DNA of 64,000 bases. Origin: Myxococcota bacterium. Its GTDB lineage: Bacteria > Myxococcota_A > UBA796 > CAJQPC01. The DNA lies in NCBI GenBank assembly GCA_036229005.1, contig JAZAMN010000004.1, positions 32,001 through 96,000 of the forward strand, in the 5' to 3' direction. The position numbers and the translations under genes are program-made. This document shows positions 28,147 through 37,494 of the stretch, in pieces. Each line of letters begins with the position of its first letter. Within the stretch, counting starts at the first letter, position 1. Under the pieces are notes generated by a model. That model did no database searches and was not told the origin of the DNA. It saw only the letters and a list, made by a program, of their open reading frames with translations.

Positions 28147-29802
28147 TTGGACGACATCCGCGACCGCCTTGTACGCAAGGGCGACTACGTGTACGGCTCC
28201 TTCATCCGGCCTGAGCAGGTTGACGGGTACATCAACGGGGTCAACCCCGGTGACCGCTCCGACGTGCTGGGACGCTTCGCCTTCTCGGAGGCCAGCGTCG
28301 ACGACGCCGTGGAGCACGCCCGGATCAGCGCCCGCATCTGGCGGCGCGTGGGGATCACCGATCGGACCTCGGCCGTGCGCCGCTTCCGCCAGGCCGTCGC
28401 CAAGGGCCGCGAGCGCTTGGTCATCATGGCCACCCGGGAGACCGGCAAGCCCGTCTGGGAGGCCCGCGCCGAGGTCATCGACACCCTCAAGACCCTGGAT
28501 CAGCTCCTGGAGGGCGGCCACGCCATCCTCGATCCGGCCGTGGCCGAAGAGCTCTCTGGTCGCAACGACCACGTCCCCCGCGGCGTCGTCGCCATGCTCT
28601 GCCCCTTCAACCTGCCGATCCTGGTCACCGCCGTCAACACGGCCGCTGCGGTCCTGGCGGGCAACACGGTGGTCTACAAGCCCTCCAAGTTCACCCCCGG
28701 CTGCGGCCAGCTCATCGCCGAGCTCTGGGACCAGTGCCGGCTGCCGCGCGGCGTGGTGAACATGATCCAGGGCTCCGGCTCCGCCTCGGGCAAGCGCCTG
28801 AGCATGCACCCCGACATCGACGCCCTGCTGATGTCCGGCTCCTTCTCCACCGCCATGGACATCCGGCGTCAGATCTTCGACCGGCCCGAGCTCCCCGTGC
28901 TCTACCAGACCGGCGGCAAGGCCCTCTCGGTCGTCCTGGACGGCGCCGATCTGGAGCGCGCCGTGTACGAGGTCATGGTCGGCGCCTTCGTCTCCGCCGG
29001 CCAGCGCCACGACTCCACCGCCCGCGTCATCGTGGAGTCCGGCACCTACGAGGCCTTCATCAGCAGCCTGGTCCGCCACACCAAGCGCCTCTCGGTCGGC
29101 TACGGCTTCGACAACGACATCTTCATGGGCCCGCTGATCTCCGAGCACTCCCGCTCGCAGTTCCGCCGCTACGGCCGCGCCCTGGTCGCCAAGGGACACC
29201 AGCCGCTGCTGGAGGGCAGCTCCCTGACCAAGACCCGCCTGCGGGGCTTCTACGTCTCCCCCGCGATCTACGAGGTGGATTGGCGCAACGGGGCCCCCTT
29301 CCTCAACGAAGAACCCCCTGGGCCCACGCTGCTGGTCTACCGGGTCGAGTCCCCGGACGAGGCCATCGCGCTGCACAACCAGGCCTACTACCGGCTGGCC
29401 TGCGGCCTCTTCCCCGGCCCCAGCCACGACGTCGCCGACATCGTCGACCGCCTGCGCACCGGCCGCGTGCACGTCAACCGCGCCACCACCTCGCGCACCG
29501 TGCCGCTGCTCTCCTCCGGGCTGGGCCGCAGCTCCTCGGGGCAGGCCGGCGGCCTTGGGCTGCTGCGCTTTCTGACCTACCCCCGCGCCCACGTGCAGGA
29601 GATGCGGGACTTCGACGACACCTACACCCTGCCGGGCACCCACTGGAACGCGGAGCCCAGCGACCCCCTCATCGAGCTGGACACCAGCGAGGTCGAGGAG
29701 CTCCCCTCCCTGGAGATCCAGGCGGTGGAGGTCGAAGAGGACCTGGGCGCCATGCTGGAGCCTGAGCCCACCGCCGAGGTCGACCTCCCCGAGCAGAGCT
29801 GA
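28147..29802 (+). CDS. Aldehyde dehydrogenase-fold protein lacking catalytic Cys/Glu, with acidic tail
   Basis: ETGKP, PFNLP, GNTVVYKPS, EEPPGP retained; YQTGGK and SAGQRHDS at the catalytic positions. Confidence 0.85.
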   Translation: MDDIRDRLVRKGDYVYGSFIRPEQVDGYINGVNPGDRSDVLGRFAFSEASVDDAVEHARISARIWRRVGITDRTSAVRRFRQAVAKGRERLVIMATRETGKPVWEARAEVIDTLKTLDQLLEGGHAILDPAVAEELSGRNDHVPRGVVAMLCPFNLPILVTAVNTAAAVLAGNTVVYKPSKFTPGCGQLIAELWDQCRLPRGVVNMIQGSGSASGKRLSMHPDIDALLMSGSFSTAMDIRRQIFDRPELPVLYQTGGKALSVVLDGADLERAVYEVMVGAFVSAGQRHDSTARVIVESGTYEAFISSLVRHTKRLSVGYGFDNDIFMGPLISEHSRSQFRRYGRALVAKGHQPLLEGSSLTKTRLRGFYVSPAIYEVDWRNGAPFLNEEPPGPTLLVYRVESPDEAIALHNQAYYRLACGLFPGPSHDVADIVDRLRTGRVHVNRATTSRTVPLLSSGLGRSSSGQAGGLGLLRFLTYPRAHVQEMRDFDDTYTLPGTHWNAEPSDPLIELDTSEVEELPSLEIQAVEVEEDLGAMLEPEPTAEVDLPEQS

Positions 29803-30140
29803 TGGACTTCCTGCACGACTACGACCGCGCCTGCGCAGAGTCCGGGCCCCCCTCGGTGTTCCTGCTCACCCACGAGGGCCTCTGGCGCGTCATGCCCGAC
29901 CTGACCCGGGACGGCTGGGTGCGCCTGGATCGAGCGCCCGAGCGCGACCCCGCCCACGGCCTCATGCGCGACCGGGCCACCGGGTTCGTCACCCGCGTCT
30001 ACACCACCAGCCGCGCCCTCTTTGACGCGCACCCCCGGGTCGACTGCACCTGGTATGAGAGCGAGGCCGAGGCGCTCGCCGCCTACACCGCGCTGGGCCG
30101 GCCGCCTCTGTTGGACCCACCCAGCCGCACCTCGTCGTGA
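29802..30140 (+). CDS. Hypothetical protein
   Basis: TGATG coupling upstream, GTGA coupling downstream, GC3-biased codons. Confidence 0.6.
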   Translation: MDFLHDYDRACAESGPPSVFLLTHEGLWRVMPDLTRDGWVRLDRAPERDPAHGLMRDRATGFVTRVYTTSRALFDAHPRVDCTWYESEAEALAAYTALGRPPLLDPPSRTSS

Positions 30141-31699
30141 CCTGGATCCTTGTCGGCGCAGCCGTGGCCGGCACCTCGGAGCTCTGGGGGGTGAGCGGAG
30201 AGCTCTGGGAGCCAAGCGGCCGCCTCCCTGACTTCTCCTCCGCCGGATACCGCGCCGGACAGGAGCCTCCCTCCGAGCCAGTCTCGGCGTCTGTCCTGGA
30301 TTTTGGGGCCATCCCAGACGACGGGCAGGACGACTCCGCCGCCTTCCAGGCCGCCATCGACGCCACCACCGGCGTGCTCGAGATCCCCGCCGGCACCTAC
30401 GTGATCGACGCGGTCCTCCACATCAACCACGGCGACCTGGTCCTCCGCGGCTCGGGCCCCGAGCAGACCACCCTCAGCTTCCCCAGCGCCCTCACCGACC
30501 TGGAGGGCGCGGCCGCCCAGTGGAGCTGGAACGGCGGCCTCATCTGGATCGCCCCCCCCGAGACCGGCAGCGCGCTCACCACCGTCGAGCCCGCCCTGCG
30601 CGGCGACACCCGGCTCAGCGTCGGCGACACCACCGGCCTGCAGGACGGCCAGCTCGTCGAGCTCCGCCTGGACGACGACGAGGACCGCAGCCTGGGCTGG
30701 CACCTGCACAACGACCAGGAGGCGCCCGGCGACTGCGACTACCAGGTCCCCCTGTCCATGGACTGGCCCGTCCGCATCGCCCGCGTCATCGACGCCCAGA
30801 CCGTCGAGCTCCAGCAGCCCCTGCGCCTGGACATCCGCGCCGAGTGGAGCCCCCAGCTCTACAGCCTGCCCGCCCTCTCGGAGATCGGCGTCGAGGGCCT
30901 CACCCTGGCCTTCCCCCCCGACCAGGAGTACCCCGGCCACCTGGACGAGCGCGGCTACAACGGCATCTTCCTGGACGGCGGCGTGGTCGACGCCTGGTTC
31001 CAGGATCTGGTCTTCCGGGACGCGGACAACGGCCTGCTGGTGGACCAGCGCTCCAAGCACATCACCGCCCGGCGCCTGCGCTTCGAGGGCCGCATGGGGC
31101 ACCACGGCTTCAACGTCGCCCACGCCCACGATGGCTTGTTCGCCGACGTCCACTACGCCGCCGACTACTTCCACTCCGTCACCGTCGACCACCGCGCCAG
31201 CGGCAACGTCTTCATGCGCTTCTCCGCCGAGCCCGGCCTGGAGCTGGAGCTCGACCACCACCGCGACAGCCCCTTCGAGAACCTCTGGACCGCCTTCTCA
31301 GCGCCGCACAACCTGGTCAACGGCGGCAACTTCTGCGCGGGGTCTCCCGGGGGCGCGAGGAACACGGTGTGGGGCATGGCTGGGCCCACCATCCCGCCCT
31401 ACTGGGACCACGTACAGACCAACGTCATCGGCCTCATCGACGAGGACACCCTATCGCTGACCGCCGACCAGGAGTGGCTCGAGCCCGTAGAAGACCTGCG
31501 TCCGCGCAACCTCTACCTCGCGCAGCGCGCCCTCCAGGCCGGAGAGCCCTACGTCGACACCGGCCTCCAGGACACGGGCACCCCGACGGCGCCGGATCCC
31601 CAGGGCTGCGGTGGCTGTGGGGGGAGCGCTCCGCTGCCCGGCGTGCTGGCCCTCTTGCTGGGGCTGGTGGCCCTCCGGCGCGCGACCCCTGCCGACTGA
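30137..31699 (+). CDS. Pectate lyase 3 / GH28-related beta-helix protein with MYXO-CTERM-like anchor
   Basis: LPDFSSAGY, SVLDFGAIPDDGQDDSAAFQAAID, IPAGTY, VLRGSG; tail GCGGCGGSAPLPGVLALLLGLVALRR. Confidence 0.8.
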   Translation: MTWILVGAAVAGTSELWGVSGELWEPSGRLPDFSSAGYRAGQEPPSEPVSASVLDFGAIPDDGQDDSAAFQAAIDATTGVLEIPAGTYVIDAVLHINHGDLVLRGSGPEQTTLSFPSALTDLEGAAAQWSWNGGLIWIAPPETGSALTTVEPALRGDTRLSVGDTTGLQDGQLVELRLDDDEDRSLGWHLHNDQEAPGDCDYQVPLSMDWPVRIARVIDAQTVELQQPLRLDIRAEWSPQLYSLPALSEIGVEGLTLAFPPDQEYPGHLDERGYNGIFLDGGVVDAWFQDLVFRDADNGLLVDQRSKHITARRLRFEGRMGHHGFNVAHAHDGLFADVHYAADYFHSVTVDHRASGNVFMRFSAEPGLELELDHHRDSPFENLWTAFSAPHNLVNGGNFCAGSPGGARNTVWGMAGPTIPPYWDHVQTNVIGLIDEDTLSLTADQEWLEPVEDLRPRNLYLAQRALQAGEPYVDTGLQDTGTPTAPDPQGCGGCGGSAPLPGVLALLLGLVALRRATPAD

Positions 31700-31763
31700 G
31701 GCCGCGCGCAGCCCCTGCTTTTCGATCCCACCCCGCCCGCGGGTCCAAGGAACAGGAGGACCC

Positions 31764-32810
31764 ATGCTGCTGCTCACCCTCGCCTGCGCTTCGGCCATCC
31801 AGTACGACACCCCCATCCCCGCCGAGTACCCGTGGGAGCGGGCCGAGCCCACCGTCGCGCAGGCCGATGCCATCGCTGCCGCCCAGGCCTACGCCGAGTC
31901 CGAGGGCTGCTTCTCGATCCTGGTCATCGAGGGCGAGCAGATCCTCCACGAGGCCTACTTCGGCGGCCACAGCGCGCAGACCCCCTGGCCCATGTACAGC
32001 GCCACCAAGACCTTCTCCTGCCCGCTGGCCTGGGAGGCGATCGACCAGGGCCTGCTCTCCATGGACGAGCCCGCCGCCGACACCCTCACCGAGTGGCAGG
32101 GGCTCGAGCACAAGCAGGACATCCGCGTCGAGCACCTGCTGCGCTTCACCAGCGGCCTGGAGAGCGACTTCCGCGAGATGACCCTCGACGGCCTCCGCGA
32201 CCCCGACGAGCAGCGCATCGCCGACAAGTACGCCTACGCCCTGGAGCTGCCCTCCGAGGCCCCGCCCGGCGAGCAATACGTCTACGGCAGCGCCCACCTG
32301 ACCGCCTTCGGGGCGCTCATGTCCCGCAAGCTGGACGGCAGCCCCGTCGCCTGGCTCCAGGACCAGGTCCTGGACGTCATCGGCATGCGCTTCTCCGGCT
32401 GGAACCACGACGCCGTCGGCAACCCCATGCTGTCCTACGGCGCCTGGACCTCCACCCCCGAGATGGCCCGCTTCGGCGTCTTCCTCCGGGACGACGGCGC
32501 CTGGGAGGGCGAGCAGGTCGTCGCCCCCGGCCTGCTGGACTTCTGCATGAGCCCCACCCCTCAGAACCCCGCCTATGGGGTCGCGAGCTGGATCAATGGC
32601 CCCATGGGCGAGACGGCCCAATTCCCGGGTGAGCTGGGGTATGCGGACGGCCCCATCATGACCCCCGACGGCGAGGACATGCTGGTGGCCGGCGGCGCCC
32701 GCGGTCAGCGCATCTACGTGATGCCCGAGCGGGACTGGGTGGTCGTGCAGCAGTGCGACTCGCGCAGCTTCCGGGACACCGAGTACCTCCAGCGCCTCCT
32801 TGATTGGTAG
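31764..32810 (+). CDS. Serine hydrolase (beta-lactamase-like) lipoprotein
   Basis: AGGAGG RBS, MLLLTLAC, YSATKT (SxxK), PGEQYVYGS, EMARFG. Confidence 0.85.
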   Translation: MLLLTLACASAIQYDTPIPAEYPWERAEPTVAQADAIAAAQAYAESEGCFSILVIEGEQILHEAYFGGHSAQTPWPMYSATKTFSCPLAWEAIDQGLLSMDEPAADTLTEWQGLEHKQDIRVEHLLRFTSGLESDFREMTLDGLRDPDEQRIADKYAYALELPSEAPPGEQYVYGSAHLTAFGALMSRKLDGSPVAWLQDQVLDVIGMRFSGWNHDAVGNPMLSYGAWTSTPEMARFGVFLRDDGAWEGEQVVAPGLLDFCMSPTPQNPAYGVASWINGPMGETAQFPGELGYADGPIMTPDGEDMLVAGGARGQRIYVMPERDWVVVQQCDSRSFRDTEYLQRLLDW

Positions 32811-32824
32811 GAGCCAGCGACTAA

Positions 32825-32855
32825 GGGACTCCCGCAACCACACATCGGGAGTCCC
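32825..32855. promoter_or_regulatory. Perfect 10-bp inverted repeat occluding the RBS
   Basis: GGGACTCCCG (32825-34) / CGGGAGTCCC (32846-55), ending just before ATG 32857. Confidence 0.55.
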
Positions 32856-32856
32856 C

Positions 32857-33696
32857 ATGTCCACCATCGCAGTCCTCGGAACCGGCCTGTTGGGCGCCGG
32901 CTTCGCCTACAAGGCCATGGACAACGGCCACAGCGTCCGCGTCTGGAACCGCACCGCCGCCAAGGCCGCCCCCATCGCGGAGGCTGGCGCACACCACGCC
33001 CAGTCCCCCGCCGAGGCCGCCCAGGGCGCCGACCGCGTCCACCTGGTGCTCAGCTCCGACGACGCCGTCGAGTCCGTCATCTCCCAGCTCCGCGAGGGCC
33101 TGGGCCAGGGCGTGTGGATCATCGATCACTCCACCAACCTCCCCGCCCGCGTGGCCGAGCGCTGCGAGCGCCTGAGCGCCGAGGGCGTCAACTACCTGCA
33201 CTGCCCCGTGTTCATGGGCCCCTCCAACAGCCGCAACGCCACCGGCTCCATGCTGATCTCCGGCGGGGAGGACCTCATCGCCCAGCACCGCGCCGCCCTG
33301 GAGGAGATGACCGGCGAGCTCATCGTGGTCGGCCCTCGGCCCCAGGACGCCGCCGTCCGCAAGATCATCGGCAACGGCCTCATCATCGGCCTGGCCGGCC
33401 TGGGCGGTGACCTGCTGCAGCTCGGCAAGGAGGCCGGCTGGAGCGTGGAGCAGACCCTCGATGCCATCGGCGCCTTCTCCCCCATGGGCAAGGGCATGGC
33501 CAAGCGCGCTGCCGCCTACGGCACCCGCCCCGCCAGCTTCGAGCTCTCCATGGCCCGCAAGGACATCGGCCTGATGATCGAGACCGCCGGCGCGGACAAG
33601 TGCTGCATCCTGCCCGGCCTGGCGCAGTCCATGGACGCGCTGATCCAGGACGGCCAGGGGCAGGAGGACTTCACCGCCGTGGCCGCCCTCAAGTAG
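32857..33696 (+). CDS. NAD(P)-dependent beta-hydroxyacid dehydrogenase family protein
   Basis: IAVLGTGLLG, VWNRTAAKA, IIDHST, CPVFMGP, KIIGN, ARKDIGL. Confidence 0.85.
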   Translation: MSTIAVLGTGLLGAGFAYKAMDNGHSVRVWNRTAAKAAPIAEAGAHHAQSPAEAAQGADRVHLVLSSDDAVESVISQLREGLGQGVWIIDHSTNLPARVAERCERLSAEGVNYLHCPVFMGPSNSRNATGSMLISGGEDLIAQHRAALEEMTGELIVVGPRPQDAAVRKIIGNGLIIGLAGLGGDLLQLGKEAGWSVEQTLDAIGAFSPMGKGMAKRAAAYGTRPASFELSMARKDIGLMIETAGADKCCILPGLAQSMDALIQDGQGQEDFTAVAALK

Positions 33697-33731
33697 CGCA
33701 GTGGGGGAGGGGAGCTCCGCTGGAGGAGCCC

Positions 33732-33770
33732 CCTCAGACCTCAGACCTCAGACCTCAGACCTCAGACCTC
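33732..33770. repeat. Heptamer tandem repeat (CCTCAGA) x5.5
   Basis: Five perfect copies plus CCTC; overlaps the stop codon of the minus-strand gene. Confidence 0.95.
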
Positions 33771-35024
33771 GTCGTCCCGGCGGCGACGGCGCAGCAGGAG
33801 CAGGCCGGCCAGGGGCACCAGCCAGGCCAGATCCGTGGGGGCGGGCTGGCTGCTGCAGCCGCACACACCGACCTCGGCGGGGATGGTCTCCATCGTGCCG
33901 CCGGTGTCCTCGTCTTCGGACCAGCCGCTGCCGTAGAGGGGGATCTCAAAGGCCAGCTTGGTGGGGTCGGAGGTGTTGAGGATCAGCACTGCCTCCTGGT
34001 CCCCAGCCACCGTCGGGGCGAAGGTGACCACCAGGCCGTCCTCGGCGCCCGCGTTGGCGTAGATGGTGCCCGGGAACACGGTGAACTCGCCCGCGCCCTG
34101 GATGCCCGAGAGCGCCTCGACGGGCAGCTCGCCCAGGTTCATGACCTTGACCTCGCAGGTGGCGATCTCGCCGACCTCGACCTCGCCAAAGTCGCACTCC
34201 GTGGTGAGCGCCTCGATCTGCGGCAGCGGGTGGTAGATGTCCACCGGCATGAAGTCCTTCTCGACCTCGGTGTCCACCATCGGCAGCTCGATGTCGAAGG
34301 CCCCCACCTCCGTGCAGCCGATGATCGGGATGCACACCCCAAAAGAGGGAGTGAACACCAGGTCCACCGCGGCCCCGTAGAGCCCCGTGAACACCGCCTT
34401 CTCCTCCAGCGCGCCCGTGGTGGGCACCGGGATGATCTCGAAGCCGCCCTCCTCGTCGATCACGCTGGGGCCTGTGGCGATCTGGATGCCCTGGAAGCTG
34501 GCGACGATGTCCGAGCGCCAGTCCATCTGCACGTAGAGCTCGACCCCCGTGAACACCGACTGCTTGTAGTCAAAGAGCCGGTCCTTCTTTCCGGGGGACA
34601 GGATCTCGGCCACCTGCGGGTCGCCGTTGGGCAGCAGCCAGGGGTCGAAGGTCGTCTCGCCGCCGTACACATCGGACGAGCTGTACAGGTTCTGTCCCCA
34701 GGTGTACCCGCCGATGTCGAACTGCAGGTCCGCGGAGATCCCCAGCTCCGTGTCCAGCAGGAAGATGCCCGTGCCCGGCGCGGGCTCGTAGCCGTGGGTC
34801 AGCGGGTCGGGCCACTCCAGCCAGGAGTCGCCCTCCATCTCCACCAGCGCGCCGCCGGCCGAGGTGTTCTCGATCTTGACCTGGATCGGCGACCCGGAGG
34901 GCACCCAGCCCGTCGACGACGTCGCGCCCTCGTAGATGTTCGTGAAGTCATCGAACACCACCTCGGACGGGGTGGACTCGAAGGCCAGCGCGGGCGCGCT
35001 CAGCAGGGCAAGAAGCAGCGGCAT
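33762..35024 (-). CDS. Exported protein with Ig-like (choice-of-anchor D-like) domain and MYXO-CTERM-like anchor
   Basis: Signal MPLLLALLSAPALA; DFGEVEVG...NLGE...VTFAP...NTSDP...LYGSG; tail GVCGCSSQPAPTDLAWLVPLAGLLLLRRRRR. Confidence 0.8.
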   Translation of the reverse strand: MPLLLALLSAPALAFESTPSEVVFDDFTNIYEGATSSTGWVPSGSPIQVKIENTSAGGALVEMEGDSWLEWPDPLTHGYEPAPGTGIFLLDTELGISADLQFDIGGYTWGQNLYSSSDVYGGETTFDPWLLPNGDPQVAEILSPGKKDRLFDYKQSVFTGVELYVQMDWRSDIVASFQGIQIATGPSVIDEEGGFEIIPVPTTGALEEKAVFTGLYGAAVDLVFTPSFGVCIPIIGCTEVGAFDIELPMVDTEVEKDFMPVDIYHPLPQIEALTTECDFGEVEVGEIATCEVKVMNLGELPVEALSGIQGAGEFTVFPGTIYANAGAEDGLVVTFAPTVAGDQEAVLILNTSDPTKLAFEIPLYGSGWSEDEDTGGTMETIPAEVGVCGCSSQPAPTDLAWLVPLAGLLLLRRRRRDDEV

Positions 35025-35081
35025 GGGGGACCTCAGCGGTGCGCCAGTATCCACCGGGTTGTCCTCGCCTGCAAGCGTAGA

Positions 35082-35094
35082 TGACTCAGAGTCA
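35082..35094. promoter_or_regulatory. 13-bp palindrome, possible operator
   Basis: TGACTC-A-GAGTCA in the divergent intergenic region upstream of the 33762-35024 gene and ssrA. Confidence 0.3.
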
Positions 35095-35397
35095 CCTTCC
35101 CGCTACGGCAGCGTAGGTTTTGAACCATTCCGCGTCGAGCGCCGACCGGCCTATCTGGACCAGGGCCCGTCAAAGTCGTTCTGGGAGCGGCTCTCTGGGG
35201 GGGCCTTGCGCGCCTGCTGCGGGGGGAGGCAGCACTTTGTGGGGGCAGCCCTTGCCCGGCACCAGGCCTGTGAATAAGCTGGGGTGTCGCGCAAGCGGCA
35301 TGCTCACTGAGAGTCAGGCATCCAGCGTCGCCAGCGGTGTTGGATGCGGTCGCACCGCCCCTGTGAAGTTGGGGAGCGGGTGGCCACATAGGAACGT

Positions 35398-35777
35398 GGG
35401 GGCGCACCGGTTTCGACGGGGCCGCGGTAGGTTGAGGCCGCATGCCGAGAGTGTCATGACCTCTCGTAAAATCACATGACGCAGAATGTACAACTGCCAA
35501 CAACAACAACAACTTCGCTCTCGCAGCCTAAACCGCTGCTGAGCTGTCCGGCTGAACCGTTCTCCAAGGGCCTCAGCTGGGCATGTCACGACTTGGATAG
35601 TCCTGAGCGTCGCGTAGCGTAGGCGCAGGGGACGATAAATAACCACACTCAAATCGCTGCCACCCCACTGCGGGATGGGCCTCTGGGTCCTGCTTGGGGT
35701 TGTATCCAGAGGATAAGCATGTAGACGTTGAGACTGAGTGGTCACGGACGCGGGTTCGACTCCCGCCGCCTCCACCA
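35398..35777 (+). ncRNA. ssrA: tmRNA (transfer-messenger RNA); tag peptide ANNNNNFALAA at 35496-35531
   Basis: 5' GGGGGCG pairs with 3' CGCCTCC-A-CCA including the G3.U alanine determinant; GGTTTCGAC near the 5' end; T-arm GCGGG-TTCGACT-CCCGC; tag ends ALAA-stop. Confidence 0.95.
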
Positions 35778-35783
35778 TTCCAG

Positions 35784-35849
35784 GGCCCCAGGCCCGCAGA
35801 GACGCCACCTTGGCCTTGTGTCAGGGTGGCGTCTCCTGCTCTGGGGGCC
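35784..35849 (+). terminator. Long hairpin downstream of ssrA
   Basis: GAGACGCCACC...GGTGGCGTCTC core with flanking GCAG/CTGC and CCCCAG/CTGGGG pairing. Confidence 0.55.
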
Positions 35850-36009
35850 GTCCTGCCCCGCCCGCATCCCCGCCGCGGGGGCCGCTGAAATCCAGTGAAA
35901 AGCGAGGTCCTCGGCGTCTGTCGCATGCCCTGGCCCACCTCCCCGGGCTGCGCCCTTGCGGCCTTATGCGCAACCCTGGCAGCATCGTCGCCCGCAAGCG
36001 AGGACACCC

Positions 36010-37494
36010 TTGGCCCAACTGACCCTCCCCGAGCTCGAGCGCCACCTCTGGGGCGCCGCCGACATCCTCCGGGGCTCCATCGACTCCAGCGACTACAAGC
36101 ACTACATCTTCGGGCTGCTCTTCTACAAGCGCCTGAACGACGTGTGGCTCGAGGAGTACGAGCAGCGCCTGGCCGAGTTCGAAGACGACGCCCTGGCCCG
36201 CGACCCCGACGAGCACCGCTTCCACATCCCCCAGGGGGACTTCTGGTCCGACGTCCGCAAGCACAGCACCGACATCGGCACCCACCTGAACATGTCCTTC
36301 CGCTCCATCGAGGACGCCAACCCCCGGCTCAAGGGCGTGTTCCAGGACGTGGACTTTGCCAACCGGCAGCGCTTCCCCGACCACCTGCTCGACGCCCTGC
36401 TCCAGCACTTTGAGAAGCACCGCATGCGCAAGGCCGACGTGCCCTCCACCATGCTGGGCGACGCCTACGAATACCTCATCGCACAGTTCGCCGACGACGC
36501 CGGCAAGAAGGGCGGGGAGTTCTACACCCCCAAGCAGGTCGTCAAGCTCATGGTCGAGATCCTCCAGCCCCAGGAGGGCCAGACCGTCTACGACCCCACC
36601 TGTGGCTCTGGCGGCATGCTGCTGGAGGCCACCCACTACATGGAGCGGAACGGGCTCAACCCCCGGGCGCTCACCCTCTACGGCCAGGAGAAGAACCTCA
36701 ACACCTGGGCCATCTGCAAGATGTCGCTGTTCCTGCACGACATCGACGACGCCTTCATCGAGCGCGGCGACACCCTGGCCGACCCCAAGCACCTGGACAG
36801 CGACAAGACCGTCAAGCGCTTCGACCTGGTGCTCGCCAATCCGCCGTTTTCCCTCAAGAAGTGGGGCCACGCCGTCTGGAGCAAGGGCGACCCCTACTCC
36901 CGAGACACCTACGGCTGTCCCCCCAAGTCCTACGGCGATCTCGCTTTTGTGCAGCACATGGTGGCCTCCCTCAAGCCCGGCGGCCGCATGGCGGTTGTCT
37001 GTCCGCACGGCGTGCTCTTTCGCGGGGGAGCCGAGGGCAGGATCCGCAAGGGTTTGCTCCAGGACGATCTGGTCGAAGCGGTGGTTGGTTTGGGAGAGAA
37101 CCTGTTTTACGGGACGGGGATCCCCGCTGCGGTGCTGTTCATCCACCGGGACAAGCCGGAGGACCGGAAGGGCAAGGTCCTCATCGTCAACGGCGACAAG
37201 GACTTCATTTCCGGCACCAACCAGAACACTCTGTCGGAAGAGAATGTATCCAGGCTCGCACAGTCGGTTCACCACTTTCGGGATCAGGACCTCTTCTGCC
37301 GGGTCGTGGATCTGGGTGAGATCGAGGACAACGACTTCAACCTGAACCTCACCCGCTACGTACAGACCGATCCGCCCCCGCCGCCGATTGACGTGAAGGC
37401 CGAGGTGGCGACGCTTCACGAGTTGATGACGAAGCGGGACGAGGCCGAGGGCCGGATGCTCGGGTTCTTGAAGGAGCTTGGCTATGTCGAGTAG
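36010..37494 (+). CDS. hsdM: Type I R-M methyltransferase subunit M
   Basis: LWGAADILRG, GEFYTP, YDPTCGSGGML, ANPPF, PHGVLFRG; TTG start after GAGGA. Confidence 0.95.
   Translation: MAQLTLPELERHLWGAADILRGSIDSSDYKHYIFGLLFYKRLNDVWLEEYEQRLAEFEDDALARDPDEHRFHIPQGDFWSDVRKHSTDIGTHLNMSFRSIEDANPRLKGVFQDVDFANRQRFPDHLLDALLQHFEKHRMRKADVPSTMLGDAYEYLIAQFADDAGKKGGEFYTPKQVVKLMVEILQPQEGQTVYDPTCGSGGMLLEATHYMERNGLNPRALTLYGQEKNLNTWAICKMSLFLHDIDDAFIERGDTLADPKHLDSDKTVKRFDLVLANPPFSLKKWGHAVWSKGDPYSRDTYGCPPKSYGDLAFVQHMVASLKPGGRMAVVCPHGVLFRGGAEGRIRKGLLQDDLVEAVVGLGENLFYGTGIPAAVLFIHRDKPEDRKGKVLIVNGDKDFISGTNQNTLSEENVSRLAQSVHHFRDQDLFCRVVDLGEIEDNDFNLNLTRYVQTDPPPPPIDVKAEVATLHELMTKRDEAEGRMLGFLKELGYVE

Noticed and set aside
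35314..35808. 164-aa minus-strand ORF with CCCC
   Set aside because: Antisense to tmRNA; the Cys run is the complement of the (AAC)n tag codons
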